DNA of 64,000 nt, from IMG/VR virus record IMGVR_UViG_3300025326_000018, positions 1-64,000 of that record. One strand, written 5' to 3'. The notes below the pieces were generated by a model. It was not told the DNA's origin, made no database searches, and saw only the letters and a program-made list of their open reading frames with translations. Origin of the DNA: a virus. The first letter of the stretch is position 1, and each line of letters begins with the position of its first letter. Below are positions 19,806 to 29,898 of the stretch, piece after piece. The translations under genes and the position numbers were made by a program.

Positions 19806-22800
19806 ATGGTACATACGCTATATCGTGATCCTTTTTCTTTAGGATCTCCGCACATCTCAGAAGCCAGAGAGGGTATAACCCTCTTTGAGATTGTATGTAC
19901 TAATCCTCATCTTCCTAAAAACTTTCTGGATCAAGGCTCGATAACAATCAACGGCGAGCTTGTTCCGCAAGAATACTGGCCGAGGATGAAGCCCAAGCGT
20001 GGTACAGTTGTATCGATGCACGCCTACATTGGTGGTGGTGGAGAGGGTGGGGGTGGTAAAGCGATCTTTGGGTTGATTGCCGCTATCGCCTTAACTGTCA
20101 TCACTGCTGGTATCGCTGCTGGCGCGTTAGCTCCTCTCCTGGGTTCAGCATTCGCCGCAGGTACGATTGGTGCCAGCGTTCTTTCCGGTGTTGTTGGTCT
20201 TGTTGGGTCGTTGGCTCTCAGTGCTCTAACATCACCGCCAACAGCGAAACCAGGAGCAGAGCAGGCAGCAGGAGGATTGCGTCTCGAGGCGGCGTCAGTT
20301 GAGGGCAACCTTCTTGAAGCGAATACACCTGTTGCTCGTGTGGTCGGTACGCGTAGAGTGTACCCCGCTTTTCTAACTGAACCGATTATCGAACGTATTG
20401 GTCAGAATGAATTTGTTGAAGCTCTGTGGGGACTTGCCGGACCGCATGATTTGTCAGATATCCGTTTAGGTGACGCTGCGATTGATTTGGATGATGATAC
20501 AGCAAAAGATATTGAGGTTCAGGTACGTAACGGTTTACCGGGTGAGGTTGCAGTTACGCTAACCGAAAGGCAGGGACGTACTACTGAACCCAATCTAGAG
20601 TTGTCGGTCCACACCGTTGATCCTGAGAACCAGGATACATTGCAGGGAGAAGATCCGCTTCCCGTTTTTCATACAATCACTACTCGTATCGATCCCGATG
20701 AGGATTGGATTCATCTTAATCTGATTGGGTTATCGAGACAGAATGCTACGGGATCGCTGCGTATTCCCTTCCGTATGCGTATGCGGCGTCGTGGTTCAGT
20801 AACCTGGCGAGATCTTCCTGAATTCCATTATCAAAACGATACCCAGAATCAGGTAAATCTGCAGATAAAGATTTACTGGGGAGATGCGCTCACTGAGACT
20901 CTTCCTCCCGTACCTTCTGCAATTGGCTTTGTCGAAGCACGCAAGCTTGTACCTGCGCAGAATGTTCAGCCGCTGGGCACAGACTTTAACTCTGACTCGT
21001 ATTTCTCAGCTGGTGCAGGTAATGACAGACTTATTTCGGGAACGGAAACAACTACAAATCTAAGGAATGTGGTTTTATTTGCTGAGCACATAGATTTTTA
21101 CCTTAGTTCCGCTAGCTGGCCGGCTGGAATTTATGATATTGAAATCAAGCGTGGTGCTACTTTTATAGCAGCTAACTTTACATCAAGCACGTACACCCAT
21201 AGCGGAAGTATTCTAGACTTCTTTGGTCGTCGTGATTCCGGAGAACTTCCGCTAACACGAGAGGGATTACTCGATACCTTAACGCTAGTACGAATGGTCA
21301 ATGTATGGAATGAATATCCGGTCATTCAATCCAGCATGACCTTGATAGCGATCGTTGCTCGAAATCGTGCAGTTCAGAAATTATCAGCGTTGGCTTCGGG
21401 GTACGTCAAGGACCTTCCGCTTGGCCGTGGTATCTGGCTAGTAAGAACCTCTAGTGTTGTTCGCACAGCTCTTACGTTTGATGCTGCTGGGAGTATGACT
21501 GATCCGGAAGTGCTCGCTTTCGTTCGACCGTTTCCTGATCTCAGTACAGTTGATGTTGATATTCCTGGGGGTATTCTTCTTCGAGTTAGTGGTGCTGCGG
21601 GAACTGAACAGTGTTATCGTATCGGATTGCGCACAGCTCCAGCAGCGGGTACAACGACACTATTTGTCAGTAAGTTTGTTGCTGGTACTTTCACATTTTT
21701 ATCATCAACACCATTTCCTGTACAGTCAGACAGAAATTATTTTATTCGTGCGCAGATGCGCGGAACAACATTGAAGGCCAAAGCATGGCCAGCAACTCTC
21801 GCTGAACCAGATGATTGGATGATTACCCTTACTGATGCGAGTATTACTACTGCAGGACGTGTCGGTCTTTTTACAAATCAAATAGCTCTTAGTACTCGTG
21901 TTAATTGGTTCTCAGCGAGTGATGGAGGTACAGCTCCTTTCCCACCAGGACCAGCTCCGGTATCTACAGATTTTTCCGAGAATACCTTGAATGTCAACGC
22001 TGTCGGTTGGACGAACTTCTGGAGTACAGCAAACTTTACTTATGTCGTGGTTGCAGACGTGCGTTTCCCGTATAATGGCAGACAATCGAATTGGGATGAA
22101 TTCAGAACATCAAGCAATCCCGCATCGCATTTTCGCGACATTCTTACGGGTGCGCAAAACTTTGATCCTCTGCCGGAAGAACTACTGGATGACGAGTCGC
22201 TAGTAGCATGGTGGAGACGATGCGCCGCCTCGGATTTTACTTGTGATATGGTGGTTGAAGGTCTTGAGGTTCCTGATCTACTTCGTGTTGTCTCTTCATG
22301 CGGGTACGGTAGGTTGTACCGATCGGAACTGTTTGGTGTAATTCAAGATTTTGATCGTAGTGCCGACACTCCAATTCAAATCTTCTCACCAAGGAACAGC
22401 TCTGGACTATCGTGGAAGAAGGCGTTTCCACGACTGCCGGCTGGGTTTCGGATCAACTTTCGATCTGAAGATTTGGATTACGGTAACGATCAAGTTGTCG
22501 TCTACAGAACTAATATGGAAGGATCGCAGAACCGGTTAGAGCAAGTTACCTACGATGGTCTTATTACAGAGGCAAATATTATTCGTAGGGCTAGTTTTGA
22601 TCTACTACAAGCAGAGCGTCGAGCAGCATTCTACTCGTTAAATGCCCCTGTCGAATCGATTGTTTGTCGGCGCGGAGATTTAATTGGTGTAACTCACGAT
22701 ATACTACAATCGCATCACGGCTACGCGCGCGTCAGTGACGTAGTATACGACGATGACGAAATAACCAGCATTATTCTTGATGCGCCAATCGATGTAGTTA

Positions 22801-23177
22801 CGGAAGAAGACGTCCTTGCTACCTTTGACATGTTAGAAGTAGATGATGTGTTGAATTTAGGTGTGCAGACTGGTATAGCCATCCGTCTTACGAATGGTTC
22901 GAATTCCACGCATGCAATATCTACACCTTCTGGTAACACAGATGAGTTGACGTTTACCACGCCGGTACCAATCAAGTATGGTGTATCATCTTCGTTCGAT
23001 CGAAGTTTGATCCATACGATCGCTCCAGGATGTTTAGTTGTTGCCGGCGTCCTTGGTAGTGAATACAAACGACTAGTTGTGTCTGAAGTAGCTCCACAAG
23101 TCAATCTGGAAGCCCAGCTTGTATGTGTTGATGAGGCTTCGGATATCTTCACTTCGGTTTTTGGAGTTGTTGTCTAA
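19806..23177 (+). CDS. Tail tip/hub host-specificity protein (gpI+gpJ-like) with inserted lectin-like domain
   Basis: N-terminal ubiquitin-like part plus TM-like stretch, SNPASHFRDIL, GDLIGVTHD. Confidence 0.85.
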   Translation: MVHTLYRDPFSLGSPHISEAREGITLFEIVCTNPHLPKNFLDQGSITINGELVPQEYWPRMKPKRGTVVSMHAYIGGGGEGGGGKAIFGLIAAIALTVITAGIAAGALAPLLGSAFAAGTIGASVLSGVVGLVGSLALSALTSPPTAKPGAEQAAGGLRLEAASVEGNLLEANTPVARVVGTRRVYPAFLTEPIIERIGQNEFVEALWGLAGPHDLSDIRLGDAAIDLDDDTAKDIEVQVRNGLPGEVAVTLTERQGRTTEPNLELSVHTVDPENQDTLQGEDPLPVFHTITTRIDPDEDWIHLNLIGLSRQNATGSLRIPFRMRMRRRGSVTWRDLPEFHYQNDTQNQVNLQIKIYWGDALTETLPPVPSAIGFVEARKLVPAQNVQPLGTDFNSDSYFSAGAGNDRLISGTETTTNLRNVVLFAEHIDFYLSSASWPAGIYDIEIKRGATFIAANFTSSTYTHSGSILDFFGRRDSGELPLTREGLLDTLTLVRMVNVWNEYPVIQSSMTLIAIVARNRAVQKLSALASGYVKDLPLGRGIWLVRTSSVVRTALTFDAAGSMTDPEVLAFVRPFPDLSTVDVDIPGGILLRVSGAAGTEQCYRIGLRTAPAAGTTTLFVSKFVAGTFTFLSSTPFPVQSDRNYFIRAQMRGTTLKAKAWPATLAEPDDWMITLTDASITTAGRVGLFTNQIALSTRVNWFSASDGGTAPFPPGPAPVSTDFSENTLNVNAVGWTNFWSTANFTYVVVADVRFPYNGRQSNWDEFRTSSNPASHFRDILTGAQNFDPLPEELLDDESLVAWWRRCAASDFTCDMVVEGLEVPDLLRVVSSCGYGRLYRSELFGVIQDFDRSADTPIQIFSPRNSSGLSWKKAFPRLPAGFRINFRSEDLDYGNDQVVVYRTNMEGSQNRLEQVTYDGLITEANIIRRASFDLLQAERRAAFYSLNAPVESIVCRRGDLIGVTHDILQSHHGYARVSDVVYDDDEITSIILDAPIDVVTEEDVLATFDMLEVDDVLNLGVQTGIAIRLTNGSNSTHAISTPSGNTDELTFTTPVPIKYGVSSSFDRSLIHTIAPGCLVVAGVLGSEYKRLVVSEVAPQVNLEAQLVCVDEASDIFTSVFGVVV

Positions 23178-24289
23178 TGGCTGATCGTACAACATTTACT
23201 TCTTCTAGTACTGCTCCTGTAACAGGAAAAGAGTTACTCGATAATCTAGCTGAAAAGATAGATATCCTTTTCGATGCTATAGCTCTTATTCCTACGTCAA
23301 TTACTAACAGCGGTAACGACTACACCATCGTTATTGATCCTACCCTTACGGCTGATGTTGTCAACAACATGCTGTTCTGGATCACTCCAAATGTCAATAA
23401 TACAGGTGCAACACGGCTGCGAGTAACAGCGTCTAATCCGTATTATGATTGGGTTCAGGTTAATGGTGATGCTTACGCTACTGGTGAGATTGAAGCTGGA
23501 ACAACCTATGGTGTGTTGTTCATTGGCGGTGAGTTTAAAACTGTAACAATTCAATCTGATGCTGCTGCCGCTGCTACTGTTAACTACCAGGAATTTACAG
23601 CTTCAGGAACATGGACTAAACCTGAAGGTGTTTCCGTAGATTCTCTTGTATTCGCGCAATTGTGGGGCGGTGGTGGGGGCGGTGCTCTTAGTACTGCTCA
23701 AGGTGGTGGTGGTGGAGGCGGTGGCTACAACTACGGATTTTTCCAAGCGGCTGATTTAGCACTTACAGTAACGGTTACGGTTGGTGCTGGTGGTACCGCT
23801 ACTGGGGGCGCTGGCGGGAATTCATCGTTCGGCTCACACTTCTCAGCCTTTGGCGGAGGATTTGGTGTTGGTAGCGGTACTACCAACGGCGCCGGTGGTG
23901 GTGGTGGTGGTCAGCTATCGGCGGGGGGAAATGCTGCTAGTGCTACAGGTGGAGCTGGTGGTGATCCGTTCCCTGGTGTTGCTCCCGGTGGTGACGGGAA
24001 TACCGGAGCTGGTAGCACTACGACTGGAGGTGACGGTCTATTTGGCGGTGGTGGTGGTGGCAATGCCTCCGGTGCCGGGGGCAATAGCTGGTACGGCGGA
24101 GGCGGTGGCGGTGGGGATCAGGATGCTACCGATCAAGCTGGAGGACAGAGTGTCTTCGGGGGAGATGGCGGCGCAGGTCAATCTGTCGCAGGTGCTGGTT
24201 CTGCTCCTGGTGGTGGCGGCGGCGGTTCCAGCGGAACAAGCGCTGGTGCCGGCGGTCGCGGTGAGTGTCGTGTTTGGACAATAGGGTAA
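23177..24289 (+). CDS. Glycine-rich tail fibre protein
   Basis: QEFTASGTWTKP...WGGGGGG...TVTVGAGG...GAGGRGECRVW. Confidence 0.8.
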   Translation: MADRTTFTSSSTAPVTGKELLDNLAEKIDILFDAIALIPTSITNSGNDYTIVIDPTLTADVVNNMLFWITPNVNNTGATRLRVTASNPYYDWVQVNGDAYATGEIEAGTTYGVLFIGGEFKTVTIQSDAAAAATVNYQEFTASGTWTKPEGVSVDSLVFAQLWGGGGGGALSTAQGGGGGGGGYNYGFFQAADLALTVTVTVGAGGTATGGAGGNSSFGSHFSAFGGGFGVGSGTTNGAGGGGGGQLSAGGNAASATGGAGGDPFPGVAPGGDGNTGAGSTTTGGDGLFGGGGGGNASGAGGNSWYGGGGGGGDQDATDQAGGQSVFGGDGGAGQSVAGAGSAPGGGGGGSSGTSAGAGGRGECRVWTIG

Positions 24290-24293
24290 TAAC

Positions 24294-24866
24294 ATGGGAC
24301 CGATGTATAGACTCGCAGTAATTGCAAATGGTGTGATTGAGAACGTCATTCTTGGTGACGAAGATTTCAGCCTCCCCGAGAAGGAACTCGTTCGTTTAGC
24401 CGAAGTTGACGATGATGGTCACGACGCCAAACGGCTTATCGAGGAATCGATAGCGTATCCAGGTATCGGGTGGGCGTATGACGGTTTAGCATTCACACAT
24501 CCCAATAATTTCGAAAAACCGATAACTGAGTTGAAGAAACATCTAGCTCAGTACAGGTTTTCTGTTGAGCAGTCGGGTATCATTTGGGAAGGTGAAAGGA
24601 TTGGCACCTCACGAGATGAGCAAAGGGTCTTTGGGGAAATCAGGACGCGCGTAGGGCAATTCCCCGATGAGGAGATGAGCTACAAGACAACGTCGGGGAA
24701 ATTCATAACTACAACCTTGGTACACCTTCTACCTCTCGCCGAAGTTGTATACGCGTATGTTCAGAAATGTTTCAAAGCAGAAGCGTATGTATCGAATATG
24801 ATAGACGACGCTTCTGTCACAACTATCACGCAAGTAGAGGAGGCCTTCGACTCACAGATGGGATAG
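24294..24866 (+). CDS. DUF4376-like tail fibre accessory protein
   Basis: LKKHLAQYRFSVEQSGIIWEG...TSRDEQ. Confidence 0.65.
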   Translation: MGPMYRLAVIANGVIENVILGDEDFSLPEKELVRLAEVDDDGHDAKRLIEESIAYPGIGWAYDGLAFTHPNNFEKPITELKKHLAQYRFSVEQSGIIWEGERIGTSRDEQRVFGEIRTRVGQFPDEEMSYKTTSGKFITTTLVHLLPLAEVVYAYVQKCFKAEAYVSNMIDDASVTTITQVEEAFDSQMG

Positions 24867-25023
24867 AAATGTAACTACTCGTTCTCGCACAAGCAAAGAT
24901 AGAATACGACTCATAGAAAGGTAAAGACTAATGGCAAGACCATTAGGAGTCTGCGCTGATACAAATCAGTCCTGCTTGGTTAATCAACACCGCAACTCTG
25001 TAGATTGGCGAGAATAATCAGCC

Positions 25024-25302
25024 ATGGTAGATGATAGATCGACTGATCGTCTACTTGGGCAACTCATTGCTGAGGTTAAGTCATTACACGACCGCCTCGA
25101 TCGCAATGATAAGCATGTGGAAGATATTCGCAACTCCGATCGTGAAGATATCAAGAAACTTAAGGAGGATGTAGAAACCCTCAAAGACTATATGCTCCGA
25201 GTCGAAGGGGGCAAACGGATGCTGTTTAGCATGTTGGCTATAGCGGCAACCCTGGGTGGTTTCGTGTGGGAGATTCTTTCACGGTACCTTCCCTTCAAGT
25301 AA
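25024..25302 (+). CDS. Coiled-coil membrane protein (holin/antiholin-like)
   Basis: N-terminal coiled coil plus a single C-terminal TM helix. Confidence 0.5.
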   Translation: MVDDRSTDRLLGQLIAEVKSLHDRLDRNDKHVEDIRNSDREDIKKLKEDVETLKDYMLRVEGGKRMLFSMLAIAATLGGFVWEILSRYLPFK

Positions 25303-25324
25303 GCAATACCCACAAATGGAGACT

Positions 25325-25558
25325 ATGATGAACGATACGAAACCCTGGTACGTCTCAACTACGGTTTGGGCCAGCCTTGTGCAGATCCTGGTAGGGCTGG
25401 CCGTCAGCCTTGGATTCGTTGATCAGGCCGCAGGTACAACGATCGCGGATCAGGCTCCCGGTCTCATTATTGCGATTGTGACATCGCTGTCGGGTGTGCT
25501 CACACTGTACGGCCGCGTCACTGCGACGAAGCAGATCACAGCCACCAAACAAGCGTAG
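25325..25558 (+). CDS. Holin
   Basis: KPWYVSTTVW motif, two hydrophobic helices, GRVTA tail; GGAG upstream of tandem ATGs. Confidence 0.65.
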   Translation: MMNDTKPWYVSTTVWASLVQILVGLAVSLGFVDQAAGTTIADQAPGLIIAIVTSLSGVLTLYGRVTATKQITATKQA

Positions 25559-25579
25559 GAATAGCCGTCGATATGTAAC

Positions 25580-25611
25580 ATATAACGCCCGCAGCGAATC
25601 GGGCGTTATAT
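25580..25611. promoter_or_regulatory. 11-bp inverted repeat ATATAACGCCC-N10-GGGCGTTATAT
   Basis: Perfect IR between holin and nrdJ; related IR at 32832-32859. Confidence 0.45.
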
Positions 25612-25633
25612 TACACACACGCAGGAGATATTT

Positions 25634-27445
25634 ATGGGCCCTACTCTCGTTGTTTCGGACCAGACACACTATGATAAGTATCGTGCTGAGAATGAGTCGT
25701 ATCGGGACGCCGTCGTTCGTGTTGCTAACGGAATGGCTACTGATTCTAAGCATTTCTATCGCATCAAAAGTATTCTCGGAGATATGAGTTTTCTACCCGC
25801 AGGTCGTATTCAATCGGCTGTTGGAAGTCTGCGGAAGGTGACGGCTGGTAATTGCTACGTCAGTCGCATGATCGAAGATTCCATGGAAGGCATCATGCTC
25901 GCTGCGCAGGAATGCGCGATGACCTTACGCCAGGGCGGCGGCTGGGGAGGCGACTTCTCAACTATTCGCCCAGACCGAGATATGATCGCCTCGCTTGGTT
26001 CGAAAGCGTCAGGTCCTGTCAGCTTTATGGGTGTCTTCAATGGCACGTGTGAAACCATCAAGTCGGCCGGACATCGTCGTGGTGCCATGATGGCGGTGCT
26101 GCGTTGCGACCATCCTGACATCCTTCAATTCGTTCGATGCAAGCGGGCTCCTGTTCAGACTCAGGTGTTGTGGGATCTGGCGGAGGCCGAGACCGATCCC
26201 GCTCTTAGGCAATCGATGTTTAATGCTCTTCAGGCAACGCTTCGGTTGACCAACTTCAACATCTCGGTTGGCATAACTGACGAGTTCATGCGGGCTGTTG
26301 AAAACAACTCCGACTTCGATCTGAAGTTTGGAGGTCGTGTATACGCGACAATTCGTGCTGTCGATCTCTGGTCTGAGATCATGCGGGCTACTTGGGACTG
26401 GGCAGAACCAGGCGTGCTGTTCATCGATACAATCAACAAGATGAACAACCTCTGGTATTGCGAGAAGCTAGCTGCCACCAATCCATGTGGAGAACAGCCC
26501 TTACCTCCATTTGGCGTCTGTATGCTCGGCTCGTTCAACCTCGTGAGATACGTCGTTCGTCGTGGTGATAAGCTCACCTTCGACTTCGACGCATTCAAGT
26601 CTGATATCCCGCCCGTCATCGAAGGCATGGACAACATCTTTGATGATGCTACTTACCCGCTTCCGCAGCAAAAAGAAGAACAGATGAATAAGCGGAGGAT
26701 GGGCATTGGTGTTACAGGAGTCGCCAATGCTCTTGAAGCATTAGGTTGTCCCTACGGCTCCCCAGACTTCTTGGAAGTGCTCGAGAAGATTATGACGGTC
26801 CTTCGCGACACCGCATACGAGACATCGAGCGACCTCGCGAAGCACCTCGGATCGTTCCCGGTATTCGATCGCGACAAATATCTCGATGGGGGATTCATCA
26901 AGACTCTGCCCGATACTATTCGGGAGAAGATTTCCGAACAGGGCATCCGCAACTCTCACTTGTTGTCTGTCGCCCCGACGGGTACGATCTCCCTGACTGC
27001 CGATAACGTCTCGTCAGGTATTGAGCCCGTGTTCGCGTACGAATATGAGCGCAAGATGTATACGCCGAATGGTCTGCAAACCTTCAACATGCAGGACTAT
27101 GGTCTGGCTCGATTTGGTGTGCGCGGGAAGACGTCGGCCGACTGTACGATTGACGAACACCTCAACACCTTGGCCGTGGCTTCGAAGTTCGTCGATTCGT
27201 CGTGCTCCAAGACGTGCAACGTTGGTCCTGATGTAACCTTCAGCGAGTTCAAGGATGTCTACTTCCGAGCCTGGAAATTGGGTACCAAAGGATTTACTAC
27301 ATTTCGTCTCGATGGCAAGCGTATGGGTATTCTCAGCGCCCCCGCCAAAGAGGTGAAAGAGGTTATCGAGGAACCCGTGAACGATCCGGTGAACGGTGCC
27401 TGTGTCTATGATCCAACCACAGGCATGCGCACGTGCGATCAGTAG
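25634..27445 (+). CDS. nrdJ: Class II (adenosylcobalamin-dependent) ribonucleotide reductase
   Basis: FLPAGRI, GNCYV, GGGWGGDFS, TNPCGEQPL, C.LGSFNL, RNSHLLSVAPTGTIS; no small-subunit gene nearby. Confidence 0.9.
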   Translation: MGPTLVVSDQTHYDKYRAENESYRDAVVRVANGMATDSKHFYRIKSILGDMSFLPAGRIQSAVGSLRKVTAGNCYVSRMIEDSMEGIMLAAQECAMTLRQGGGWGGDFSTIRPDRDMIASLGSKASGPVSFMGVFNGTCETIKSAGHRRGAMMAVLRCDHPDILQFVRCKRAPVQTQVLWDLAEAETDPALRQSMFNALQATLRLTNFNISVGITDEFMRAVENNSDFDLKFGGRVYATIRAVDLWSEIMRATWDWAEPGVLFIDTINKMNNLWYCEKLAATNPCGEQPLPPFGVCMLGSFNLVRYVVRRGDKLTFDFDAFKSDIPPVIEGMDNIFDDATYPLPQQKEEQMNKRRMGIGVTGVANALEALGCPYGSPDFLEVLEKIMTVLRDTAYETSSDLAKHLGSFPVFDRDKYLDGGFIKTLPDTIREKISEQGIRNSHLLSVAPTGTISLTADNVSSGIEPVFAYEYERKMYTPNGLQTFNMQDYGLARFGVRGKTSADCTIDEHLNTLAVASKFVDSSCSKTCNVGPDVTFSEFKDVYFRAWKLGTKGFTTFRLDGKRMGILSAPAKEVKEVIEEPVNDPVNGACVYDPTTGMRTCDQ

Positions 27446-27454
27446 AGGTATCCG

Positions 27455-27682
27455 ATGTCTGCTTTCTTCGCGTGGCTGTCAACATTCCTCACGGGCCTGC
27501 TAAAGACCCCGCTGACGCATCTGATTGCCTACTGGGTGGGGAAACGTTCAGGAAGAAAGGAGCAGCAAGTTGAACAACAAGCCACCGACCTTGACGCGAT
27601 TGCGAAAGCTGAAACCGCTCGCCGTGCTGTTAAGCATGATGCTGCCAGCGTGCGCGACGACCCCTTCAACCGTGACGCCTAA
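27455..27682 (+). CDS. i-spanin (Rz-like)
   Basis: N-terminal hydrophobic segment, coiled coil, DDPFNRD end; overlaps a lipoprotein ORF. Confidence 0.65.
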   Translation: MSAFFAWLSTFLTGLLKTPLTHLIAYWVGKRSGRKEQQVEQQATDLDAIAKAETARRAVKHDAASVRDDPFNRDA

Positions 27683-27803
27683 AGTAGTTTGCCTCATTTT
27701 CCAACCAATCGCCTTTTCAGCGAAGAAGGATTCAGAGGAAACAGTAAAGCAGGTACGCGAGCATAATGCAGCGTACCTGTCGCAGTGTCCTCCGACGAAG
27801 TGA
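27600..27803 (+). CDS. o-spanin (Rz1-like lipoprotein)
   Basis: TTG start; (M)RKLKPLAVLLSMMLPA-C lipobox; C..F.PI..S..D..ET..QV.EHNA...C pattern. Confidence 0.7.
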   Translation: MRKLKPLAVLLSMMLPACATTPSTVTPKVVCLIFQPIAFSAKKDSEETVKQVREHNAAYLSQCPPTK

Positions 27804-27829
27804 TGCGGATGCTCCGTCGGGGGCGACTT

Positions 27830-27861
27830 CCCGCGAGCTCGAAAGGGCCCGCGGGCTTTTT
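27830..27861 (+). terminator. Intrinsic terminator ending the late operon
   Basis: CCCGCGAGCTC-GAAA-GGGCCCGCGGG then CTTTTT; at the junction of convergent genes. Confidence 0.75.
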
Positions 27862-27911
27862 ATTATGACCCTTAGAGTCTGGACGAGCGACTGGGGAACG
27901 CGGTGGGCCCG

Positions 27912-28316
27912 CTACCTCAGCCGCTCCCTAACCGCTTCCGCTGGTCTCTGAGCCTCGCTCGCGGTCGATATCGCAGGGCCGGAATGAGGCTCTTCGGATT
28001 CAGGAAGGGTGATCTCAACGTATCCCTTCCCTGCGCAGGTATCGCAGACCTTGGAATCCTCGAACGGGTGGTTACCGCACGCGATGGCGAAAGCGTTCAT
28101 CGATGACAGTCCGCCCTCCTTACGACCGTAGAAGGCATCGATGATCGCCAGCACTGTCTCGAACTCTTGCCGACGTTGCTCTATCGGTTCGAGCCTTGCA
28201 CTCTCCATTCCAGCAGAACGGAAGCGAAAGATTTTCCGAGCAGCATTGAGCGGAGACTCGCCGTCCATAGCCGTGATGACCTGCTGGTCTGTCATTCGCT
28301 CCGGAGGGATGCTCAT
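27912..28316 (-). CDS. Hypothetical protein with CxxCxGxG motif
   Basis: ORF; CDTCAGKG. Confidence 0.55.
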   Translation of the reverse strand: MSIPPERMTDQQVITAMDGESPLNAARKIFRFRSAGMESARLEPIEQRRQEFETVLAIIDAFYGRKEGGLSSMNAFAIACGNHPFEDSKVCDTCAGKGYVEITLPESEEPHSGPAISTASEAQRPAEAVRERLR

Positions 28317-28589
28317 TGACGAGTGGGATCCCCAGAGGGCGGCAGCGGAGTATTCGGATCGTCAGGGATATCGTAGAAATCCTTGCGGCCGGGGTCCTGC
28401 TCCAGATCGCGACGGATGTCTTCTCTGCTCGGAGGAGTCGGAGGTGTATCTTTCTGCGTCATAGTCGTCTCTTTCTTCAAGGGTTGGCTCGCAGCCGCTA
28501 TTCAGATGTTCAAGAATAACGCAAGTGCTAGTGTCACAACTGCGAGGGTGGTGGAGTTCACTAGGATCCTGTGGGTTTTCATGCAAGCC

Positions 28590-28730
28590 TCACAGTAGCT
28601 TGTAGTGGATGGCTGCCGCGATCAGGATAAGCAGGGCAATGAGGACAATCACACCTTGCAGGATGCTAATATACTTCTCCCGTTGCTTTCGCCGCTTCCA
28701 GAGCTCTACCTCATTCAATTCTCTGGTCAT
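28590..28730 (-). CDS. 46-aa single-TM protein
   Basis: MTRELNEVELWKRRKQREKYISILQGVIVLIALLILIAAAIHYKLL. Confidence 0.45.
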   Translation of the reverse strand: MTRELNEVELWKRRKQREKYISILQGVIVLIALLILIAAAIHYKLL

Positions 28731-28942
28731 CTGTCGCGAACTCCGATGAATTCCGTGAGCTGGATGGGCTCCTCGATCGCGTCGAGGATTTCTCGCACGG
28801 TCAGATCCTGCGGAACGTCTACGAGGAACTTGCGAACCTTCCACCGCAAAGCATCAACGACTTTGAGGCTGGGTACATTCGCGTCGCTCGTAGCAGCGAG
28901 GGTAAGTGATGTTATCGCTGCTTCCCGGTTATCGTCGTCCAT
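28727..28942 (-). CDS. Hypothetical protein
   Basis: ORF with AAGG upstream, in the minus-strand operon. Confidence 0.5.
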   Translation of the reverse strand: MDDDNREAAITSLTLAATSDANVPSLKVVDALRWKVRKFLVDVPQDLTVREILDAIEEPIQLTEFIGVRDR

Positions 28943-28955
28943 GTGGTTACCTTTC

Positions 28956-29309
28956 TTAGGGTCGTAGATGCAGGGTGAACGTCGAGGTTAGTCCGTCCGT
29001 CGTTTCGATCCAGCCATGTTTTCTGAAGAACGCTGCGAACTGTTCAGTCTGCACGTTCTCTACGATCAGCGCGCGGTAATCAGATTCTAGTGAGACCGCT
29101 TCGACGGTGGGAAGGATCACATTCTTGAATGTACCCTGTCCGGTGTGAAGTACGTCGATACTCGCCAGCCAGAACCGATCCTTGTTGAATCCCCGGCGAA
29201 CGTAGATCTTGAACTTGTTGGTGTAAATCCAAGTATTGCGCGCACCCTTGGAATTGATGAATTCGACCAAGCTGTATCGAAGTCCCGCGCGTTCTGCTTC
29301 TAAAATCAT
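28956..29309 (-). CDS. GNAT-fold acetyltransferase-like protein
   Basis: LASIDV...GQGTF, LIVENV...FAAFFRKHGW. Confidence 0.55.
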   Translation of the reverse strand: MILEAERAGLRYSLVEFINSKGARNTWIYTNKFKIYVRRGFNKDRFWLASIDVLHTGQGTFKNVILPTVEAVSLESDYRALIVENVQTEQFAAFFRKHGWIETTDGLTSTFTLHLRP

Positions 29310-29356
29310 TTCCCCTCCTGTGGTGAGAGTCGGAGGGGCTGCGGCCCCTCCTTAGA

Positions 29357-29593
29357 TTATGATACTGTTACCGTTCCCTTACCGAGGCAGTTTCCGCAGG
29401 CTACAGTTACGCCGAACGAGACTACTTTTCGTGTCCCCAAACATCTGGGGCAAGTGTTACTCACCCACTCGACGCAAGTGCCTTTGCAGGTGTCGCACTT
29501 CCGCCAACCACGCTGTTCGGTTATGGACTGTCCGGGGACTTCGAAGCCACCCCGAGCTTGGCACGAGCGGCAATTGATTTTGATTAATGGCAT
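29357..29593 (-). CDS. DnaJ-type zinc-finger protein
   Basis: CRSC, CDTCKGT, CPRCLGT, CGNCLGKG. Confidence 0.6.
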   Translation of the reverse strand: MPLIKINCRSCQARGGFEVPGQSITEQRGWRKCDTCKGTCVEWVSNTCPRCLGTRKVVSFGVTVACGNCLGKGTVTVS

Positions 29594-29857
29594 AGGTTAG
29601 CGCTTTCAGCTTGGTAAGAGTAGTTAGGGGAGCTTGCGCTCCCCTTTGGTTAGAGGCAAAGGCCGTGCAGAACTCCTGGATTTTCTTTTTCGACTTTCGG
29701 TAGGTCGGTAAGCATTTCCAAAAGCAGGGAGTGCTCCCCGGCAGGAATTCCAACCTCTGCGGCGCGCAAAGCTTCGACGAGGCGGACGCGTTGATCTTCG
29801 TCGATGATAATGGTATAGGTCTGCATTTTTAGCTCCTGTGATTAATATCGTCTACGC

Positions 29858-29890
29858 ATTATATGTAAGGTATAATCCATACTAATGCAA
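29858..29890 (-). promoter_or_regulatory. Repeated phage early promoter
   Basis: TTGCAT-N17-TACATA(TAAT) on the minus strand; same architecture as the plus-strand copies. Confidence 0.7.
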
Positions 29891-29898
29891 TTGTAGAT

